From Octopus sinensis (Eukaryota), in assembly GCF_006345805.1 (NCBI RefSeq), contig NC_042999.1, positions 57,412,001-57,476,000 of the forward strand: a stretch of 64,000 nucleotides of DNA. The letters run 5' to 3'. The notes below the pieces were generated by a model that saw nothing but the letters and a program-made list of their open reading frames with translations, made no database searches and was not told where the DNA came from. Every line of letters starts with the position of its first letter. Position 1 is the stretch's first letter. The position numbers and the translations under genes were made by a program. This document shows, one piece after another, positions 40,553 to 54,499 of this stretch.

Positions 40553-42791
40553 GTTAGTTGGATTTTTCTTTTTACTTTCTTTGTCATTTAACCATCACTA
40601 AACAGTCATATGTTCAGAGGCATTCTAGCCTTGAGAATCCTGCCTTCTTACTCAATAACTACATTATCCAATGTATTGTTTGCTTTTTAAGACAGTAGGA
40701 TGTGAGGGAGCATTGGATGTTATTTCTAGTCAGTTGAACAACCACTTTGAGGTGCTCACAAAAATATTTTATCCAACCCTTCATATATGTGTTAATCATA
40801 CGCCTGCCAGCACAAACATGTGCAGATGCATGATCAACATGTAGGTCCTATAGCTATTGGCCCTACACATGATAGGACCTACCAACAAAGGCCCTCTAAC
40901 TATTGCTATATAAACTATTAAACAATATTCTTGAGATTTAGGTAAAAATACCCACCGGTTGGCTACAAATAAAAATTCAGGAGAAAAGTGCATGCTTTTA
41001 ATTTATTCTTAGACAGCAGCCAGCCATCTTCTGCTAACAAAACCATTGGGTGCTGACACAGTAATTCATAAGTTATCAAAGGGGTGCTTATCTGGTAGTG
41101 ACAGAGCAACCATCAGATACTGACACAGTGGTTCAATTAGTACCAAAAATGTAGTCATTAGGTACTATTAATGCAGTCACTATTTACTAACACAGTATTT
41201 CATCAGGTACTTCTAACATGGTCACTGGTGCTGAAATAGTCATCAGGTGCTAATACTGTTACCAGGTGCCGAAACAGAAGTTATAGGGTACTAAGAAGGT
41301 GGACATCAATTACTACCACCACAGTCACCAGGTACTGATACAGTAATTCATTGGGTACTGGTATAATAGACATCAAGTTCTACTAACAATCATCAGGTAC
41401 TGCTAACAGTAATTCATAATATGCAGATAGAGCAGTTGCTCAACTGCTAACAAACCAGTCACCCAGTACTGACTTTGCTTGACTTAGGATTAAAAGTAAT
41501 TATGAGATACCTGAAGGAGAAAGACCCATGCCCTTCTGTGTGGTAGTAAACTCCTGGCCAAATTCACAACACTAGCTCAACCATTTGACCTTATTTATAA
41601 CTCATTTTTAACATTTATAAATGTTTCAAATGAAAAGATTACTTACCATCAACAATTTATAGATATAGTTAAGTTTTTGATTTGCTATGAAGAGTATGGC
41701 AGATTCTAACATTTTAAGCCTTTTCCTTCCTTGTTTCTCTTTTCTTGTTTCTTCGACAAGGACAAGATCTGAGATATCAGACTGTGCCCTCCTCACAGCA
41801 AATACCAATCTTTACTTACTTTGAACTTTCCTATCGGACGTTTTGTTGGATTCCATATTTTACTCTATAGAAAAATAACCATTAAACATATAAGCGACAA
41901 GTGGCTTTCAGATATTGTAATTATTGTTGAAACCCTGGTCAACTCTATCAAAGAGATTAATACTGGTCAAGCTACAACCATCCCCATATTTTATTCAAGC
42001 ATCCATATGTATCTAAAGCTATGTCATTCAATGTGCTTTTTTTTAAGCTGACAGTGTGTGGTTTAAAGAAGATTTTGCCAGCAGGCAAACTGCACATAGA
42101 GGCCTCTTAGTTTCTCTCTAATCAGACCCTAAAGTCTTAAAAAGTGAATGTTAGATAATGTATTACTACATATACTATGTATTGAACACTAGTGGGATGG
42201 TCACAGCTTGGATGTCCTTCAATCAAGGCTGACTTGGGTGTTAAACAACACCAACCCTTCTGGTAAACGAAATCTTTGACAGTGATCCAATGAATTATTA
42301 AAACTTAAAGAACACCTTCAATTTCTTTATTGAAATTGTTATATCAGACCTGATTAGAAAGAGATAATCATTACTGTAGGCCAATGGTAGGAACCTGCTA
42401 CCTTTGAAGCCCTTAAATGCTGTGTTCTGGAAGAAGTCAGGATTTTACATAAATCTGGGTTTTTTTTAATATATTTGCATTGTATCATATATATTTTAAT
42501 ATGTTTGAATTTTTAATATGTCATGAAAAGGTCAGTTTAGATTAATATTTATATTTTCATAAGTGTAATTACATTTTCCATATATTTACTAAGATTGTCT
42601 TTTTAATGTAACCTTTTATGCTTAAGTTAATGTGGCCTTTCAGACATGAAAAAAAAAAAGATCCATCCTCATATTATGTATTAAGTTATCTTATAATAAA
42701 TGATCAACAACTGGTGGTTAGGTAAGCAGTCAAATGAAATACTAAACTATCTAAAAGTTATCTATTTATTTTGCTCATTGTTTCTTTTCAG

Positions 42792-42957
42792 TACCATTCA
42801 TGGAGATGGACAAAAAGTACGAAATTTCATCAATGTCAGTGATATTGTCAATGCCATTGACACTCTTATCCATAAAGGTAAACATGGAGAAATTTACAAT
42901 ATTGGCAGTGACTTTTCAATTTCCATTCTTGAGCTGGCAAAATTTCTGATAAAAAAA
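42792..42957 (+). CDS. TGDS: TGDS exon 9 (CTIHGDGQKVRNFINVSDIVNAIDTLIHKGKHGEIYNIGSDFSISILELAKFLIKK)
   Basis: Acceptor ttcttttcAG, donor GTAAGT; 166 nt; IHGDGxxxRNF and GEIYNIG motifs. Confidence 0.96.
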
Positions 42958-44779
42958 GTAAGTATTAATATATATGTATGTTCTTGTTATTATCTATTGT
43001 TCAATAAAAATATAGATATGATGGCTTTTACTGATTGTGGGTATTTAAAAAGAATTGTCTTCATAGCTGGCTCTCCTTTTTACTGTCAAAGTGGAGTATG
43101 TTGTCAGCCAGGCAGACTTTGGCAAGTAGAGATTAGGTATCTTATCTAGTGACATAACACAATAGTTGTTACAAGCTTTGAACGCATGAACATGTAATCA
43201 CATTAACATCCTAGCCTCTGAGCTTCACAGAAATTACTTCACTTCAAAGCAATTTTAAGCATTTATTGGAATGCTATGACATTTTAATCTAACAGTATAC
43301 AAAACAGAACTTACTCAGTAGTACAGGTGCATTGATAAAATGCACACAGTACCTTTTGTAAAATGCTTAGTGAATGACCCTCAATTCTTGTTGAGGGCTT
43401 GACAACCCCTTTACATCCAATATTCTCTGTAAAGTGACCAGGGATATGAAATGCCTGCAAGTGTAGAAACTAAGACAAAGCTAAAGTGTGATATGACCCT
43501 TTGATATGTCTAAGAGGCAATAGGTTCAAATAAGAACTGATTCATGTCATGGAAAGTGGATGTCAAATGATAAAGATGTTGATGAAGGTGATAATATCAA
43601 TTCATAATTGTTAAACCTTGTGTATATTTGGAAAACAACTGGCAAAATGACGAGCACAAGGATTGATTTGATAACATTAGTAGCCATAAAAACTTAATTA
43701 GCACAGGAATGTTGGTTGAGGATGATAATTAAATAATAAAGGTGAGTAGAGTATTGGACAAAAATACCTGTTAATCATGGTTCTTTATTTTGTAAGTTCA
43801 AATCCTGCTAGGGTCAACTTTGCTTTTCCACCCACCAAGGACCAAAAAAAAAAATAATAATATGAAGTTAATCATATAATCACCTCTATCCCCTCTACTA
43901 ATATAGAGTCCAATAACTGAGTAATATTTGCTGGTGGCGAGTAAAGGCACCCATTACATTCTCGGAGTGGTTGACATTAGGAAGGGCATCCAGCTATAGA
44001 AAACCATGCCAGATCAGACTGGATTCTGGTGCAGCCTTCCAGTGTACCAACCTGGTCAAACTGTTGAACCTATGCCAACATGGACAATGGACGTTAAATG
44101 ATGATGATGATGATGATTTCAAAGTCTGTAACATATCAATAAAGGAGTGTAAGATTTTTCAGTTTATGGTGTAGATTAAAAACGATCATTATTTTCATTG
44201 TCATCATCATCGTCGTCGTCTTCATCATCATCATCATCTTTATCATTATTGTCATCATCATCATCTCAGCTGTTACCACTGCTACTACTGCAGCTACTAA
44301 TGATCCCAACATCAACACTAACAAAACCCCTAGAAGAGCCAACAAGGAAGCCTCTACATGGTCACTTGACTGCTATTCCTAGCAGTCAAATGTTCTTCAA
44401 ATCACACACTACAGTCTTTTTAAAAAGGACACATTAGATTATGTAATTACAGATGCACTAGGCCTGAACAAAAGCTATGATGATCAGGGCTGGAGTGCCC
44501 TTGCCCATAGGTCTGCTCAATCATGGATAAACTGAAGTTAAATAACAACAATAAATTATACGCTTTCTCAATTTATCTTCACACATTAAATTCAGTTTTA
44601 GTCGAGGACTGATGTGGATAAAATCTGAGAAATTAAGTGACCTATTTGTAAATGAGTAATTAATTTTTGAAACATTGCTTTTAATCGGTTAACTTGTTTT
44701 TCCATATCCTTGAAACATCAAATGTCAAGAGTTTTTTTGTATATATTTTTATTATTGTAAATGATTTTTGAATTTTTAG

Positions 44780-44936
44780 ATTAAAAATGTTACCAGTGAA
44801 GATGCTCTCATGGAGCACATTGAATTTGTAAAAGATCGAGTTTTTAATGATAATCAGTATAATATTAATTTTACCAAAGTACTTCAAACTGGATGGAAGA
44901 CAAAAGAACCTTGGGAAACTGGAATTGAAAAAACAA
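44780..44936 (+). CDS. TGDS: TGDS exon 10 (IKNVTSEDALMEHIEFVKDRVFNDNQYNINFTKVLQTGWKTKEPWETGIEKT)
   Basis: Acceptor aatttttAG, donor GTGAGT; 157 nt, phase 0/1; V-x-DR-x-x-ND and GW...W..GI..T motifs. Confidence 0.94.
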
Positions 44937-45352
44937 GTGAGTCTTTACTCTTATTTGTTTTACATGAATTTTTTTCTTGTGTTGACGTGAATAGGATAGT
45001 TTTGCTTTGCTTTTTGTCAGAAAAATCATTTTTACATTGTTATGACACCTTTCATGCCATAAACCTCTAACCATTTTACATATTCTACACCAGCTAGATT
45101 AATTATGATTTCTACAGACAAAGGGGATTAATATCTTGGTTTTATTACTTTTCGTTTCTTTCTTCTCATTCCACTTTTTGCATCAACCTTCTTCACCTTT
45201 TTCTTCCCACTTTTTTCTCATGGACCAGTGTACTAGTTTCTTCAAATAGGTCAAACAGTAGCTCTTTTTAAATTGTGTATATTAGATGATATTTATCTTT
45301 CACTGGATAGAGTGCTCTTTTTGTTGATCCTACATATCACAGAACAATAAAC

Positions 45353-45396
<44 letters not shown>

Positions 45397-45562
45397 CATA
45401 CATACACACACACAGAGTTTTATAGTTTTATGCACAAGTCCATGTGAGAGGTCCTCTCTAGGTAAATAATGCAATATTCAGTGTTCTAGCAAAGGTTTCA
45501 CATTAAGTTAGACATAAAGATTACCTTTTGATATTAATCTCTTCTGTGTTGCTATTAATCAT

Positions 45563-45595
<33 letters not shown>

Positions 45596-45969
45596 TTCAA
45601 TTAGAGGTTAATATAGCCTCATTAAGAGATAGGAATATCCAGTAATATCCAATGAATTACTGGTTCATTGCCTAGCATTTGTTGTGAATATTAATAGCCA
45701 TAGAATAATAGGTCTAAATATAAATCTTGGTTTATAAATATTCAAAACAATTTAGAAAATGGAGATGTAATTTATTTTCTGCAAAAATACAACATATTCT
45801 CTTTACAGCTGTTTCAATTTAGCCTAAATGATTAAATTGCAATAATTAAATCATTGTATTAGGCAAAATCTCATCAGAGGGGTAGAAAAGATATACTGTT
45901 AGGTTATTAGGTGTTGTGTTTTCAAATCATCCCAGCATGATTGCTATATATATATATATATATGTAGTA

Positions 45970-46045
<76 letters not shown>

Positions 46046-46216
46046 TGAGGGAATATTATTCCAAACTTACAGGGAAAAATTACTATTTTGCACACTACTT
46101 AATCATCGTTATATTTTTTATCGTATATTTAATCTTTCTATATGTAATTTTCTAGATGGTGTAATTTAATTTTTCATTATTGAATTGATAAAAGGTGGGT
46201 TTTTTTCTAATTTATG

Positions 46217-46249
<33 letters not shown>

Positions 46250-46258
<9 letters not shown>

Positions 46259-47430
46259 AATACATATACATATACATATATTTCAATGATGTTCTTATTT
46301 CATGTTTTTCCATGGTTTGTTTTGATTCTCTGTTCGTGTTTAGTGCTTATCTGATGTTTGGGGATGTCAGAAGCATTGATAAGGAAATGTCAAACAATGA
46401 GAATGAGTGTTCAAAACTGCATTCATGGATAAAATTTCTTTATTTGTGTATTAAGGCTACCATTGGCTTCATGTTAAGAAAAATGTCTTAATATCTTAAC
46501 AGTTTTTCAAGCTTATTAGATGGAAGAATTGTGTTCTCCATTTTGGATGAAAACATCTCGTGAAATGTCTTGAGGGTTCACAAAAAGTCTTGTAAAGTAA
46601 ACAATAAATCAAGAGGTACTACTTTTGTATGATACCTTTCAAGTGGGATAAAAATAAAAGACATTCAGCATCCCTATCCAATATAATATATACATTGAAA
46701 GAAGGAGTAGCAAATAACTTCCACACAACATGGAGCATCATTGTTAAAGCCAGAAAATACAGAGGATAGGATACCAAATGTGATCTCTGTGTCACTGAAA
46801 AACTAAACATCATACAGTTAACAGATAACATTTTAAATATTAGAGATGAAACCTTCTCTCCCTGCATAGACAAGCAATATTTCACACTCCAAAACTTCAA
46901 AGAAGAACCACCTCCTATGCCACCAACCCCACCAGAATAGTTTCTTTTCCTGAATGTGAACATTGAATATATACAACACACAAACTCCACACATAGAAGA
47001 AACATACCCCCTGCTGAATTCCCTTGGCATACAAACACACAAACATCACATATGCCCAGAATATAATATGATATAATATAATATAATATAATATAATATA
47101 ATATAATATAATATAATATAATATAATGTAAAGAAATTCACCATGCCAATGCAGTTTTTTCCCAAAAAGCCAAATCCAAGGGAGACGATCACTCAAAAGG
47201 TGTTATCCAATAGTAATACCCCTTGATTTGTTGTTTTCTTTATGAGACTTATTGTGAACTCCTGAGAGATTACATAAGATGTTTTGTGTTTTCATCCAAA
47301 ATTGAGGCAAACACCATTCCTCCATATGATTGGCTTGAAAAATTGTTAAGATTTTAAGACATTTTTCTTGACATGAAACTAATGGTAGCCTTAATTGACA
47401 AAGAAATAAATGATTATCTTATGAACTTCG
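46250..47430. mobile_element. Rearranged Penelope-like remnant with diverged inverted duplication
   Basis: 46640-46910 (+): RHSASLSNIIYTLKE...TTWSII.KARKY...KCDLCVTEKL.I...ILNIRDE..SPC (GIY-YIG C-terminus); 46410-46620 is inverted relative to 47215-47425. Confidence 0.65.
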
Positions 47431-48284
47431 TTAGCTTGCAGCTGCTTTTGCTATAAGATACAGTGGACACACAGTTGAGTGCCTGAATAACACCTTGCTG
47501 TCACAGATTTTGATATTTTAAACTTAAGTGAAAACTTTCAAATTTGATATATTGGTGTACATTTTGTGCTGAATCCGATTTTGTGGGTTATTTATTCAAG
47601 GAAATTTTTAGAAAAATGTTACGGAGGTTTAAAGTTTCGTCATTTTTATCTGATTAGAAAACAGGGTTTGGAAGCTAGCATTTTGTACATAATAGCTGTG
47701 TATCATAAAATGAAAGTAAACTTTACAAGATTATGTTTTAAACAAAATGAAAGCAATTGTATGTCATATGAAGAGAGAGAGGGAGATCAGCATGAGTGAG
47801 AGATAATACATATACAGAGAGAGAGTGATAAAAAGTGTGGTAAATATAGAGAGCGAGGAAAACGCTTAAAAGAGAGAGAGCTTGATGGTGACAGATAGTG
47901 ACTGGGAGATTTGTCTGTCTAAAAGCTATTCCTCACAACAAATTCTATTTTACTATTTTCATTTATGGACAACCTTCTCTTTGAGATCTAGATTTTGAAA
48001 ATTACATTCGTCTTTCTTCAGGATGCATTACTTCACAGCTTTTCAGGGCTAAACATGCATACATAGTCACACACTTTCATCCGCGTGGATCACTGGCGAT
48101 TTTTTGCCTCCATCTTCCTTTTCTCTTGGACTTTCCTCCGTCTCCTGTTTCTGACAAAGAGCTTTGCTCAAAATGCAAAACTACCTTTCTTTCCTTACCT
48201 GAGCATCTGCTAATACTTTGCATGTACCCACGTCCTCACATTGTTGTTTTTTCATGTGTTTGTTCTTCATTTTTTTTATTAATC

Positions 48285-48373
<89 letters not shown>

Positions 48374-48606
48374 ATGTATATATGTATATATATTTATACT
48401 TTTTTCTGCTAAACCCTTCAAGGTGATGCCTAAGCATGGCCACAATCCAATACCTGAAACAAATAAAAGATAAAAGATAACATGAAAAAGATTTATAATA
48501 TATAATTTCAAAAATATGATTCTTAAAATATAGACATATATTTTCTAAATTAATTTATGATATGGTCTATTGTTGTAATTGAATGCTTACATTTCTTCTT
48601 TTACAG

Positions 48607-48674
48607 TTGAATGGTACAAAGAGACCATCAATGGCTCGATTTGGAAAAACCAAAATTTAATGGAAACAAATTGA
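48607..48674 (+). CDS. TGDS: TGDS last coding exon (IEWYKETINGSIWKNQNLMETN*)
   Basis: Acceptor cttcttttacAG; phase matches exon 10; T-I-E-W-Y motif; TGA at 48672-48674. The 11 exons sum to 1008 nt (335 aa + stop). Confidence 0.92.
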
Positions 48675-48743
48675 AATTTATGGTCATTATAGGCTCACTT
48701 AGCAGAAGACTGAATTTCAGAAAAGATGAAATAACACCACATA

Positions 48744-48857
<114 letters not shown>

Positions 48858-49329
48858 ATTTCTGCCAAGGTCGACTTTGCCTTTCATCCTTTCAAGGTTG
48901 ATAAATTATGTACCAGTGAAACATTGCGGTTGATATAGTCAACTATCCCCCTCCCCCAAATTTCAAGCCTTACTATTATTATTATTATTATTATTATTGT
49001 TATTGTTATTGTTGTTGTTGTTGTTGATAACAATAATAATTTCTGGAAAGTGTCACCTGTGCTCAGCCAACAGAAGAAGGTGACACATGTTTACTAACCA
49101 TACTGCAAGAACTCTGCGGTGGACTCTTGCAGTTCCAAGCAATGATGCTTTTTGCAGTTGCTCTATCCTTATATTCATTCTTTTTATGTCATGTTGGTAA
49201 TTGGAGACTGATACTTCCAAGGGCACCAATTACTTTCGGTATCATGTCTCCTTCATTCATTGCCCACAACCTCTGTATTTTCCACTTCAATTCACCATAG
49301 CTATTAACTTTTTCTTTTCTCTTCAATCC

Positions 49330-49782
49330 TATTATCACCAGAACATGCTATACCAATTATCAGGCATGATTTTTTTTTTGTTTTGTTTTATTTTGCTATT
49401 CTCTTCACTGCAACAATGACGGATTTCCAATGTTTAATTTGATTGTCACACTGAATCATTGCATCTCACATGCTTTTTTGCAATCCTCATTCACAGTAAC
49501 TCCGTCTGGGATTTGGTCATGCCATATCTTTGATCTTTCAAGGCCATTATTTCTACAAAGCTCCAATGGGTCATTCTTACCACATTGTCATGTCACTTTA
49601 CTACTCACGTTGTGCCAATTTCTTAGGTTCACTAACACACTGCCACACTGTTTCACTCCTCTCACCACAAATTTTGTATTTGTTACTCTCAGTTGTTTTA
49701 TCCGTTCTGCAATTCACATAATTTGTCCTCAATGCTTGTTCTTCTCCTACACAAATAAATGCTTCTTTCTCTATCTTCAAGC

Positions 49783-49818
<36 letters not shown>

Positions 49819-49841
49819 CATCGTCATCATCATTATCATTG

Positions 49842-49878
<37 letters not shown>

Positions 49879-50434
49879 TATTATTATTATTATGTTTTTT
49901 CCTTCTTTCTTCAAATTTTCTTCCATTTCTCGCCGAGTGTTTTCCATACACCTAGGGCAGAGAAGCTCATTGTATGCATTCCCAGATTACACACGCAAAT
50001 TCACAGATAAAATATGTATTTAAAAATTAATAGATAAATAAATTCATGGATGGATGTTGTTTTCACAGCGATAATGCTCTTCTCAGTACATGAGCCATTC
50101 CAGTTAATACGATTTTTTGCACTTCCTGTAGGGATGGTAAGCCTGGAATCATTTTCAAATAGGTTTCAGTACCTTTTTTTATCATTCCTAGAGATCCTAC
50201 AATCACTGGTACTGTAGTCGCCTTGAGATGCCACATCTTTTCAATTTCTATTAGTAGTTCTTTATATTTACTAATCTTGTCAAATTCTTTTGCCGCTATA
50301 TTGTGATCACAAGGGATACTCATGTCAATTAATAAACACAGCTTTTTTGTCTGATCTTTTATAATAATATCCAGTTTATTAGCTTTTATAGTCTTGTCGG
50401 TCTGTACGGAGAAGTCCCAATAGAATCGACACAT
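49330..50434 (-). mobile_element. Two R4/Dong-clade 3' fragments separated and flanked by (ATT)n
   Basis: 50063-50434 RLE domain is highly similar to the C-terminus of the 21546 ORF, and its 3' UTR matches 24080-24160; 49330-49790 has QALRTNYV...KICGERSETV...EYSK.HDNV. Confidence 0.85.
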
Positions 50435-50494
50435 TTTCTCCCTCAGTCACAGCTTCAGGATGGTGTTTATACCATTTGTCAGCGGTTTATCATC

Positions 50495-50539
<45 letters not shown>

Positions 50540-50554
50540 GTCATTATTATCATG

Positions 50555-50589
<35 letters not shown>

Positions 50590-50600
50590 TATTATTATTA

Positions 50601-50643
<43 letters not shown>

Positions 50644-50842
50644 GGTGAGCTGACAGAATCATTTGTATGCTGGGAAAATGCCAAGCAACATTTCATCCGT
50701 CCTTACGTTCAGAATTCAAATTCCACCAAGATTGACTTTGCCTTTCGTCTTTTGGGGATCAATAGAATAAGTACCAGTTGAATACTGGGATGAATATAGT
50801 TGACTTACCAACTCACCTGAACTTGTGCCAATATTTGAAACC

Positions 50843-50878
<36 letters not shown>

Positions 50879-51089
50879 TTTATTATTATTATTGTTGTTG
50901 TTGTTGTTGTTGTCGTCGTCGCTACCACTACCGCCGTTGTCATCATCATTATTATTATTAAACATTGCCAGATAAGACTGGAGCCTGGTGCAGCCTTCTG
51001 GCTTCCCAGATCCCCGGTCGAACCGTCCAACCCATGCTAGCATGGAGAACGGATGTTAAACGATGATGATGATGATGATGATGATTGTT

Positions 51090-51870
51090 CATATACTCTC
51101 AACAGATTAGACTGTTGGAAAGCAAAAAATCTTAACATCATGCTACAAGTAGCCTTAGATGCCAAGAACTCTCCTAAGTATCCTAGCTGTCCCTAATAAC
51201 ACTGTTTTCTGCAGCAGCTGCACTAAACTGGGTTTTATGCTTATTTCCTCTACCCATCTATTCAGATCTTTAGGGATAGTTCCCAATGCACCTATAACAA
51301 CTGGGATATTATCCACACTTTTTATAGTCTCTGTAATTCAATAGCCAGGGCCTGGTACTTAGCTATTTTTCTATACTCCTCATATTAATGTTTACATCAT
51401 TTGGGACTGTAAAGTCAATTATCTGGCACTTTCTATTCTCTTTATCTACTACTACCAAATCAGGCCTTCTAGTTTCTATTACTCTGTCAGTCTGAATGTT
51501 AAAGTCCCACAACATGTTATATTTCTTACTTTCTAGTACTTTACTAAGTTCATGTTCATACCATTTATCAGTATGTTCAAATCCTAGCTTTCTACATAGC
51601 TCCCAGTAGATTACTCTCCCTAGATTGTCATGTCTTTTCTTGCATTCTTTCTCTACCGGCATACTACATTCACTTACTGTGTGAGTAACACCTTCCACTT
51701 TTGATTTGCATAATCTACACTGGGAATCTACTTGGTTTTTGTCTATCTTGACATTTATCCAATTAGTCCTTAATGCTTGATCTTGTGCAGCTACAAACAA
51801 ACTTTCTGTTTCCCTCTTCAGCTTCCCTTTCTGCAACCACACCTCGCTACTACTATTTCCAGCAATATTC
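51090..51870 (-). mobile_element. R4/Dong-clade 3' fragment (third subfamily)
   Basis: WLQKGKLKRETESLFVAAQDQALRTN...CRLC...THTVSEC...RHDNLG...WDFNIQTD...RRPDLVVVD. Confidence 0.85.
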
Positions 51871-51889
51871 TTATTCTTAGTCTTCTTAT

Positions 51890-52060
51890 TCTTCTTCTTA
51901 TTATTATTATTGTAAAAGTCAGGCTTATGATCTTTCAGAGAAATGAATGCCTTTCTCTTAGCAAGACATTCAGTTCTTTTATCTATATTAAACTTATTTG
52001 TGAGAGTTTTAACCTTCATGTTTATAGCATTGTAAGTATCAGCATTAGAATTCTGTGATT
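51890..52060 (-). mobile_element. Penelope-like RT N-terminal fragment
   Basis: NKFNIDKRTECLAKRKAFISLKDHKPDF; fused in frame to the Dong fragment through an (AAT)-like run. Confidence 0.6.
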
Positions 52061-52479
52061 ATTTATGTGATACATTATAGAGATTGTAACACTCGCCACG
52101 AGCACCTGACTACAAATGCCACCAACCGTCCTATGCATACAGCAACACACTGCTGGGCACTGTTCAAATGTATGGTTGAGCCTTAACTGACATAGTCATT
52201 TATAAGTATTTATATCATCAATATTTAATAAAGAATCTGTAAAAGAAGTGGAAATTTTTCATATAACACTCCTTTTCTTGTATCTTGGGCTGTAGTGTTC
52301 ACGCTCTTTGTCTTTTGATTTTATCTATATATATGACAACAACGAAAAATATTTTCCATTAGCAGAAGTTAAACAATTGTATATCAGTGTCTATGTTTAT
52401 TTTGGAAAAGAATAGTAAATGTAAAAAAAAAAAGCAATTTGGTAAAAATAAGACAAATTAAAATTTCACAATAGAAATT

Positions 52480-53660
52480 ATATTTTAAAAAACTGTAAAT
52501 CTCTAAAGAAGAAAACAAAGTCATGATCAGTAAAAACAGTCAAATCCATTTTATTCATCTTCAAATCCTGGGAGAACTTATTGCTGAATTCACCATCAAG
52601 CTCTAAATTATTATGGCAGAAACCATCATTACTGTCAATTCCATACAAGTTGTTTTCAGTGCCACCCAAAGCATTAGTGATAACACATTTTTTAAAAGAC
52701 ATAACTAGAACCTCAGTTATAATGTCAGACCAGGTTTTCAGTATCCATTCACACACTTTAAATATTGATAAGCATTTCATTCTTCCAGTTGGTAACAAGT
52801 CATGATGTCCCTCTGGCATCAATTTATTCTATTGCTCCCTCATGTAATTCTTAAAGGACTTATTAATGTTGACATCCAGTAGCTGTAACTGGGATGTCAG
52901 ACCACCAGAAAGTACTGCCAGCTGTGTGTTTATCCTCTTTGCTAGCATTTTGATGTTTTCAGATTAGTGAACATTAAATTAATCCCATAGGAGCAGTGAT
53001 ATTTTTCATAGCAGGCCACCAAAATGCTTGGACCTCACTTTTTCTAACCATACATCTCCTTCATTCTTCTAACACATAGGTCAAACAATGACATGAATTC
53101 CATTTGGTAGTTTTGTTTGTTTTCCCATTGGCACAAGCTAAAACTGTTGTAGTGAGTCTTTTTAGTCTATTGGCTTTAACAGTCCCTGATTTCATTCATT
53201 TTAACATTTATACAAGAAAATTCTATACATTATTTACATTATTTACAATTCACGGATATTTGTCCTCATCTTGTTTGTTGTTAACATAACGTTTCGGCTG
53301 ATATACCCTCCAGCCTTCATCAGGTGTCTTGAGGAAATTTCGAACCTGATGAAGGCTGGAGGGTATATCAGCCGAAACATTATGTTAACAACAAACAAGA
53401 TGAGGACAAATATCCGTTGAATGTAAATAATGTACATAATGTACATAATTCCTCATCTCTTAAATATAGAACTGTAAGAAAATTCTGTGTTCTAAAATTA
53501 ATAATGAATCTAAGGTGAATCTAATATTTTCTCTTCATATTCAGCTGGCATCTTCTGAGCTAACTTAATTGCTATTCTCAAACTTAAGCCATTTTGTTTC
53601 ATGAGACAAAAATACCAACAAACAGTTCCTTTGAAATCATTCACTTCTGTATTAGCTGCC
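52480..53660 (-). mobile_element. Degenerate pogo-like (DDE_1, CENP-B) transposase, interrupted at 53225-53475
   Basis: FKGTVCW.FCLMKQNGLSLR...AQKMPAEYEEKI, then LAVLSGGLTSQLQLLDVNINKSFK and HDLLPTGRMK...CEWILKTWSDI...SFKKCVITNAL. Confidence 0.8.
53225..53475. mobile_element. 251-bp palindromic double-hammerhead insertion with 11-bp TSD
   Basis: AAGAAAATTCT at 53214-53224 and 53476-53486; HHR on the minus strand (about 53284-53330) and on the plus strand (53346-53386). Confidence 0.85.
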
Positions 53661-53790
53661 AATCTTATATATATATACATATGTACATATATGTGTGTGT
53701 ATGCATATACATATATGCAAGCATGTATATATATATATGTCAACTTACATATATATGTGTACATATATATATGTACACATATATGTGTGT

Positions 53791-53848
<58 letters not shown>

Positions 53849-54499
53849 ATGATAAGCTTCTTCAGTTTCCATCTCGTAAATCCTCTCACAAAGCTTCGGT
53901 TAACACAGCATTATAGTAGAAACTATCTATCTCGGATGTCACGCAGTTAGACTGAACTCAAAGCCATGGAGTTGGGAAACAAAAGTTTTTACCCCATCAC
54001 CATATCTGCCCTTTCTCACGACCTTATAATGGACTGAATATCACACAATTGCATTTTCACTTCTAAGATATTGTCCATATTTAAGGAAACTTTATTTTCA
54101 ATTCTAGATGACATTTCACTTCAGAAAATAAACCGAACAAACTATAATGTTTATGTATAAACACACACAGCCTTACATATACACTACACACAAAACTTAC
54201 GTATACACCTCTTACTCACATATACATGTTACATATATTCTTCTAAAATTAATAATCACTTTATCCACCTCTAATCGGAGCCTTTCATTATGTGTAGTCC
54301 TTCAGGTACGTTCTTTTTTTTTGTCATCTTAAGGATCAGATATACTAAGAAATTCTACCTAACCACACAGCCATGCATCCTTGCACAGACACACACACAC
54401 ACACATATACATATACATATTCTTGTAAGTGTTTCATCAGGTGGCTGTGGTCATGTTGGAGCATCACCATGATTTTTCACTCTTTATTTTTGTACCCTC

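Noticed and set aside
42700-43149. 149-aa ORF as a standalone gene
   Set aside because: Only 42792-42957 is TGDS exon 9; the remainder is intron read-through.
51363-52019. 218-aa ORF as a novel PLE/RLE chimeric protein
   Set aside because: An accidental in-frame junction of two truncated elements across an (AAT)-like run, with no complete domain.
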